DNA of 64,000 nt from Bdellovibrionales bacterium (lineage in GTDB: Bacteria > Bdellovibrionota > Bdellovibrionia > Bdellovibrionales > JAGQZY01). The position numbers and the translations under genes were made by a program. Location: contig CAXRHT010000002.1 of the NCBI GenBank assembly GCA_964230645.1, forward strand, positions 1,792,001 through 1,856,000, read 5' to 3'. Position 1 is the stretch's first letter, and every line of letters begins with the position of its first letter. The notes under the pieces are model-generated. The model was not told the DNA's origin, ran no database searches, and saw only the letters and a program-made list of their open reading frames with translations. This document shows, piece by piece, positions 59,302 through 64,000 of this stretch.

Positions 59302-60282
59302 TTATTTCTCGGCTTGCACCACTGTTTGGTCGATCGTTCCGAAAAGATCGTTGCCCGCTTTATCTTTCATGGACATGGTGACGCGGTCTCCGACTTTCAT
59401 GAAAGGAGTTTTGAAGGCTCCGTCGTTGATCTTTTCAATCATTCTACGCTCAGCTAGACAACTGGAACCCACCTCTGTGGAATCGTTGGAAACCGTTCCG
59501 CTTCCAATAATGGTTCCAGGCATTAGGTTTCTTGTGCGAGCCGCATGGGCAATGAGTTGACCGAAATCAAAGTGCATTTCTCTCCCGTTGGCCTTTCCAA
59601 AAAACTCTCCGTTGAGTTCAATATCAAGGGGAAGCTCAATACGTCCTTCATTCCAAGCATCGCCAAGTTCCTCTGGAGTTACGGCAAAAGGGGCGAAAGC
59701 TGAGGATGGTTTCCCGTGGAAAAATCCAAAACCTGATTTAAGCTCATCAGGAATCAAGCCTCGAAGAGAGACGTCATTAATGATCACACAGAAAAGCACT
59801 TTTTTAAGCGCCTCTTCAGGTGTGCTTCCCATTGGGACGAAATCGGTGATCACACCCACTTCGCCTTCAAAGTCCGTTCCATGAGAAAAATCGATCTGTG
59901 GGATATCATCGTAAGGAGCCAAGAAATTGTCTCCACCACCTTGATACATCAAGGGCACTTCAAAAAGTTTATCGGGCATCTCAGCATTTCGAGCCATTCT
60001 TACAAGCTTGACGTGATGAAGAAAAGCGGAGCCATCCGCCCACTGAAAGGTACGCGGAAGAGGAGAGTGAAATTGCTTCTGATCCATGGGCTTACCTTTA
60101 AGCTCGCCTGAGTTTAGACCCTCATAAACTTTGTTCAGACGATCTTTGAGATTCGCCCAATCTTCTAATGCCTCGCGGAAACTTTTCGCGATTTCAGGGA
60201 CTTCCATATATTGGCTATTGTCCTTACTCACCACCACTAGAGTTCCGTCATATGTTTTGGATTTGAGGGTTCCTACCTTCAT
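59302..60282 (-). CDS. Fumarylacetoacetate hydrolase family protein
   Basis: QWADGSAF, DFEGE, NDVSLR, GSGTVSN; divergent from maiA. Confidence 0.92.
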   Translation of the reverse strand: MKVGTLKSKTYDGTLVVVSKDNSQYMEVPEIAKSFREALEDWANLKDRLNKVYEGLNSGELKGKPMDQKQFHSPLPRTFQWADGSAFLHHVKLVRMARNAEMPDKLFEVPLMYQGGGDNFLAPYDDIPQIDFSHGTDFEGEVGVITDFVPMGSTPEEALKKVLFCVIINDVSLRGLIPDELKSGFGFFHGKPSSAFAPFAVTPEELGDAWNEGRIELPLDIELNGEFFGKANGREMHFDFGQLIAHAARTRNLMPGTIIGSGTVSNDSTEVGSSCLAERRMIEKINDGAFKTPFMKVGDRVTMSMKDKAGNDLFGTIDQTVVQAEK

Positions 60283-60417
60283 TTCAACACTCCTCGTAAA
60301 GGGTCTTTAACTAAACCTAAGCTCTTATCATATTTGACTAGGCGTGAATAGATGGCTCAATGTGCCTAAAAATTGAGACTTGCACTCATGCTCATCGCCA
60401 TTATACAAGTTGTTGAT

Positions 60418-61068
60418 ATGATTAAACTTTATAGTTATTTTCGATCTTCTAGCTCTTACCGGGTGCGTATCGCACTGAATCTTAAAGGCCTTGAGTACGA
60501 GACCATTCCCGTTCATCTGCTCAATGATGGGGGCGAGCAATTTAAGCCTGAGTTCTCAAAACTCAACCCCTCTCACCGTCTGCCCGTGATTGAACACGAA
60601 GGAAACGTGATTGCTCAATCAGTAGCGATAATGACTTACCTTGATGCTCAGTTTGCCGATCACCCTTTAATTCCTGAAGAACCTTTGGCTAAAGCCCAAT
60701 GTTTGCAGCTCACTGAAATTATCAATTCAGACATCCAACCCTTACAAAATCTCAGTGTGCTGAAAAAGCTCGTAAAAGAGCATGGATTTTCTGAAGAAGA
60801 AAAAGTCGCATGGATTCAACACTGGATCAGCCTTGGCTTTCAATCTCTTGAAACCCTTCTGGAAAAAACCTCAGGGGAGTTTTGCCTTGGCGATAGCCCT
60901 TCAATGCCCGACTGTTTTTTGATGCCCCAAATTTTCAATGCCCTTCGCTGGGATGTGGAAATGAAGCCCTTCCCATTGATCACAAAAATCGGGAAAAATT
61001 GTGAAGCTCATCAAGCTTTTATAGAGGCTCATCCTTCCAATCAACCGGACACTCCAAAAGACGCTTAG
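60418..61068 (+). CDS. maiA: Maleylacetoacetate isomerase (zeta GST)
   Basis: YFRSSSSYRVRIAL, DIQPLQN, AHPSNQPD. Confidence 0.95.
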   Translation: MIKLYSYFRSSSSYRVRIALNLKGLEYETIPVHLLNDGGEQFKPEFSKLNPSHRLPVIEHEGNVIAQSVAIMTYLDAQFADHPLIPEEPLAKAQCLQLTEIINSDIQPLQNLSVLKKLVKEHGFSEEEKVAWIQHWISLGFQSLETLLEKTSGEFCLGDSPSMPDCFLMPQIFNALRWDVEMKPFPLITKIGKNCEAHQAFIEAHPSNQPDTPKDA

Positions 61069-61145
61069 TCCGCTTGGTTTAGGGGTAACTTTTCGAAGAC
61101 TCCGTCGGGTGTTTATCTACCCTGTCTAATTTGCAATGTTTCCTA

Positions 61146-62033
61146 CTAGCGAGTTTTATAAAAAAGATTCACTGTGGAAAGGAGCAGTGTGAGTGCTAGC
61201 GCCAAGTGAAGCACACTTAATAGGGCTGGCATCAAAAACTGCAAATTCAGTATTCCTACAAACATTTGGGTAAAAACCAATAAGAAGATCGTAACTCCAA
61301 GCTTGCGTTGTCCGTGGCTGAGCCCCAATCTTTTTCGAAAGAAAATAGAGAAGATAAAAATCCCAGAGACCAAAAGAGCTAACCAATAGGCTCCAAAGCG
61401 GTGAAACATTTGAATCGCAATCGGGCCCACCATGGGGGGAAAGTACTGACCGTTACAGGTGGGAAAATCAATACAGACAAGGCCCGAGTAGGTAGAGGCC
61501 ACAAGACCCCCCAGAATGATTTGTACCACGATGAAAAGCACAGTGAGAGTGACGTTTAAGCGAAAGAGAACATAGGTTTTTGAAACCCTTACGAGCTTTT
61601 GAGACAGATCCTCTTTTAAAAGCTTTTTCTTCATAACGAATAAAACGAGTAAAAAGATTGTGGCCAGTGTTAAATGAAGAGTCACAATATAGGCTTCTAA
61701 AAGCTTTAAGACCGTAAGCCCTCCCATAATGATTTGGGCAATGAGGAAAAAGAGGCCAACCACACTGAGAAGTCTAACCCTTTTTAAAGCCTCACTCCTC
61801 CAGACCTGGACAAAGAAAACGAGATAAAGAATTCCCACAAGACCTGCGATCACTCGGTGGATGAACTCTAGGTAAACTCCTAAGTGATAATCAGGCACGG
61901 CCTTTCCAAAACAAAGGGGCCAGTCAGGGCAAGTAAGACCTGCGTCCATTGTACGCACCCCAGCCCCTAAAAGCATAAGATCAAAAGTCAGAAACAATAG
62001 AACATTGAGTAGAAATAAGTTGGGCTTTTTCAT
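61146..62033 (-). CDS. ctaA: Heme A synthase (COX15/CtaA)
   Basis: CPDWPLC, EFIHR, CIDFPTC, MFHR. Confidence 0.92.
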   Translation of the reverse strand: MKKPNLFLLNVLLFLTFDLMLLGAGVRTMDAGLTCPDWPLCFGKAVPDYHLGVYLEFIHRVIAGLVGILYLVFFVQVWRSEALKRVRLLSVVGLFFLIAQIIMGGLTVLKLLEAYIVTLHLTLATIFLLVLFVMKKKLLKEDLSQKLVRVSKTYVLFRLNVTLTVLFIVVQIILGGLVASTYSGLVCIDFPTCNGQYFPPMVGPIAIQMFHRFGAYWLALLVSGIFIFSIFFRKRLGLSHGQRKLGVTIFLLVFTQMFVGILNLQFLMPALLSVLHLALALTLLLSTVNLFYKTR

Positions 62034-62893
62034 ATCCAAGGCGTCCATCGATCAATGGCTGGTACAATAATAAAAACTAAAACACTAAAAGTGGTCCACA
62101 GGAAAAATCCAAGCCACCTTTTCCCCATGGGATCTTTTAAGAAAGCAAAGAGCTCCCATAAAACTTTAAAGGCAAATGGCATAGCAATCAGTAAATACGC
62201 CCAACCAACAGGAACCACGAAGGGAGCTGAAAGTGCGAGAGCTAAGTAAGCAAAAGTGTAAATGCCGACATAATACTCGGTGGCTTTGAGGCCTTTTTCC
62301 GCTGGCAATACGGGAATCCCGCCCTTTTTATAATCCTCCTGGTAGCGAAGAGCTAAGGCCCAGAAGTGCGGCATCTGCCAGAAGAACATCACTAAAAAGA
62401 AATAAATATTGATCCAATCAAAGATGATATCGGTCGCGGCAGTGTAGCCAATCACAAAAGGCATAGCCCCTGGGATGGCCCCTGGAACGGCTGCAAAAGG
62501 AGAGCTTCTCTTCCACAAAACAGTGTAGAGGTAATTATAAAAAAGAACGGTCACTAAACCAAGAAGTGCGACTTTGTAAGAAACCAAAAAGCAGAGCACC
62601 ACTCCAAGAGTTAAAAAGCTCAAAGCAAAAATAAGAGCTTGCAAGGGAGTGAGCCTTCCACTGGGAAGAGGTCTTTTTTGAGTGCGTGGCATTTTTTTAT
62701 CAATCTCGCGCTCTTGGTATTGGTTAAGAGCAAAGCTCCCCGAGCTTAGAAAATAAAGACCTAGTAAAGTAAAAGCGAGTTTTAAAGGACTAAAAGGCTC
62801 GTGAAAAGGCTGACCAATCATATAGCCGCCTGAGGCTGTGAAAATCACAAACACGACGATTCCAAATTTTGTCAGCTCGAAGTACTTTTTCAT
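62030..62893 (-). CDS. ctaB: Protoheme IX farnesyltransferase
   Basis: ELTK, DKKMPRTQKRPLPSG, WQMPHF. Confidence 0.95.
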   Translation of the reverse strand: MKKYFELTKFGIVVFVIFTASGGYMIGQPFHEPFSPLKLAFTLLGLYFLSSGSFALNQYQEREIDKKMPRTQKRPLPSGRLTPLQALIFALSFLTLGVVLCFLVSYKVALLGLVTVLFYNYLYTVLWKRSSPFAAVPGAIPGAMPFVIGYTAATDIIFDWINIYFFLVMFFWQMPHFWALALRYQEDYKKGGIPVLPAEKGLKATEYYVGIYTFAYLALALSAPFVVPVGWAYLLIAMPFAFKVLWELFAFLKDPMGKRWLGFFLWTTFSVLVFIIVPAIDRWTPWI

Positions 62894-62976
62894 GGACTAC
62901 CTTGCGAACTTATTAGCACAAAACCCCGTCCGATGCACAAGACTTCTACACTATTTACAGCCTTATAAGCGAACAT

Positions 62977-63002
62977 AAAAAAAGGGCCTTGGTCGGGCCC
63001 TT
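62977..63002 (-). terminator. Intrinsic terminator after oxidase subunit IV
   Basis: AAGGGCC...GGCCCTT stem with a U-tract on the minus strand. Confidence 0.7.
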
Positions 63003-63031
63003 CTTTAAAGCTTGATTGTGAATTGAAAACT

Positions 63032-63337
63032 CTACAGTGTGCTCTCTACTGGAATTCGTGTGTAGATATCGATCACACAAAAGATAAATAAAAGCATTAC
63101 GAAACCAAAGCTTCCAAAAATAATAATGGAGTTGGATTTTGCGGTGTACTTAAGCTGCATGAAAAAAGCCATAACAAGGCCAGCTTTAGCCGCAGCAATG
63201 ATAAAGGCCACTGCTCCGTTAAATGGAGCGAGATCCATTCCCTTAGCCGTAACTACCGTTAAGATAGTGAGAAAGATCAGTCCGCCAAAGACCTTAATGT
63301 AAGTTTCAAATGGAATAATGTAATGATCACCTGACAT
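63032..63337 (-). CDS. ctaF: Cytochrome c oxidase subunit IV
   Basis: LTILTV, KAGLVMAFFMQLKY; three TM helices; AGGAG RBS. Confidence 0.88.
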   Translation of the reverse strand: MSGDHYIIPFETYIKVFGGLIFLTILTVVTAKGMDLAPFNGAVAFIIAAAKAGLVMAFFMQLKYTAKSNSIIIFGSFGFVMLLFIFCVIDIYTRIPVESTL

Positions 63338-63348
63338 ATCTCTTCTCC

Positions 63349-63999
63349 TTAAACCAGATAAAGTAATGGAAACAAAAAGATCCAAATTAAGTCAATTAAG
63401 TGCCAGAAAAGCCCAACACCCTCGACTGGCGTGTAGTATTTAGGTCCGAACTCACCGCGGTTGGCGCGAATCATAACCCAAGCCACAAGTCCCATCCCAG
63501 CTAACACGTGAATCCCGTGAAGGCCTGTCATCATAAAGTAAAATGAGAAATAAAGGGGAAGGTTTTCAATCCCGTGAGTTTCACCGTGAAACCACTGTCC
63601 TGGGAGCCAACCCTCATGGATTTTATGGGAGTACTCAAAGTACTTAATACACATAAACAGAGCCCCACAAAAAATGGTGATGCCAAGATTCATTACCGCT
63701 TTTTTGCGCTCATCCTTTTGGCAATAGTAAATCCCTAGAGCCATAGTAAGAGAGCTAAAAAGAAGAACAATGGTATTTGTGGCTCCAAGAATCCAGTTGG
63801 TGGACTTTGAACCTTGAATGAAAACTTCAGGGTAAAGGTTGGAATAAATAAAGTATCCCACAAACAAAGCACCAAACATGAGGATCTCTGAAGTAAGGAA
63901 AATCCATACTCCTTCTATTGAGCTCTCAAACTCGTGGTCTGCACTGTTAAAATGGTGAGCGTACTCACCTTCTTTTTTCTTTAACTTACCTGTACTCAT
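63349..63999 (-). CDS. ctaE: Cytochrome c oxidase subunit III
   Basis: WIFLTSEILMFG, TGLHGIHV, FWHLIDLIWIFLFPLLY. Confidence 0.96.
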   Translation of the reverse strand: MSTGKLKKKEGEYAHHFNSADHEFESSIEGVWIFLTSEILMFGALFVGYFIYSNLYPEVFIQGSKSTNWILGATNTIVLLFSSLTMALGIYYCQKDERKKAVMNLGITIFCGALFMCIKYFEYSHKIHEGWLPGQWFHGETHGIENLPLYFSFYFMMTGLHGIHVLAGMGLVAWVMIRANRGEFGPKYYTPVEGVGLFWHLIDLIWIFLFPLLYLV

Positions 64000-64000
64000 A

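Noticed and set aside
1295..62249. Numerous short antisense or alternate-frame ORFs in the track
   Set aside because: They shadow well-supported genes and show no motifs or RBS.

Overview
Bacterial chromosomal window of moderately low GC with about 60 CDSs. Gene content (many signal-peptide hypotheticals, a pilin-like gene, FliA-type promoters, long-form phenylalanine hydroxylase) suggests a Bdellovibrionota-like predator; this is inference. Housekeeping genes include argS, leuS, speA/speB, mscL, dksA, xth, ahpC, hldD, metH, nth, motAB, maiA and the ctaE/F/B/A oxidase genes, plus one tRNA-Ser(GGA). The most unusual part is 38.9-46.9 kb. It holds three near-identical copies of a ~105-nt C-rich non-coding unit, each with a sigma54-like promoter, conserved upstream boxes, a G-U-tolerant hairpin and its own terminator, i.e. 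a candidate multicopy sRNA family. Two copies lie in a 344-bp direct repeat bracketing a secreted repeat protein with a sigma-factor-like tail. A RAYT-type HUH transposase with 19-bp inverted repeats abuts the tRNA. Elsewhere there is a 41-bp perfect hairpin element before metH, a REP cluster, a probable AUU start for nth, and several apparently leaderless genes. All family calls come from motif recognition by eye; no database search was run.
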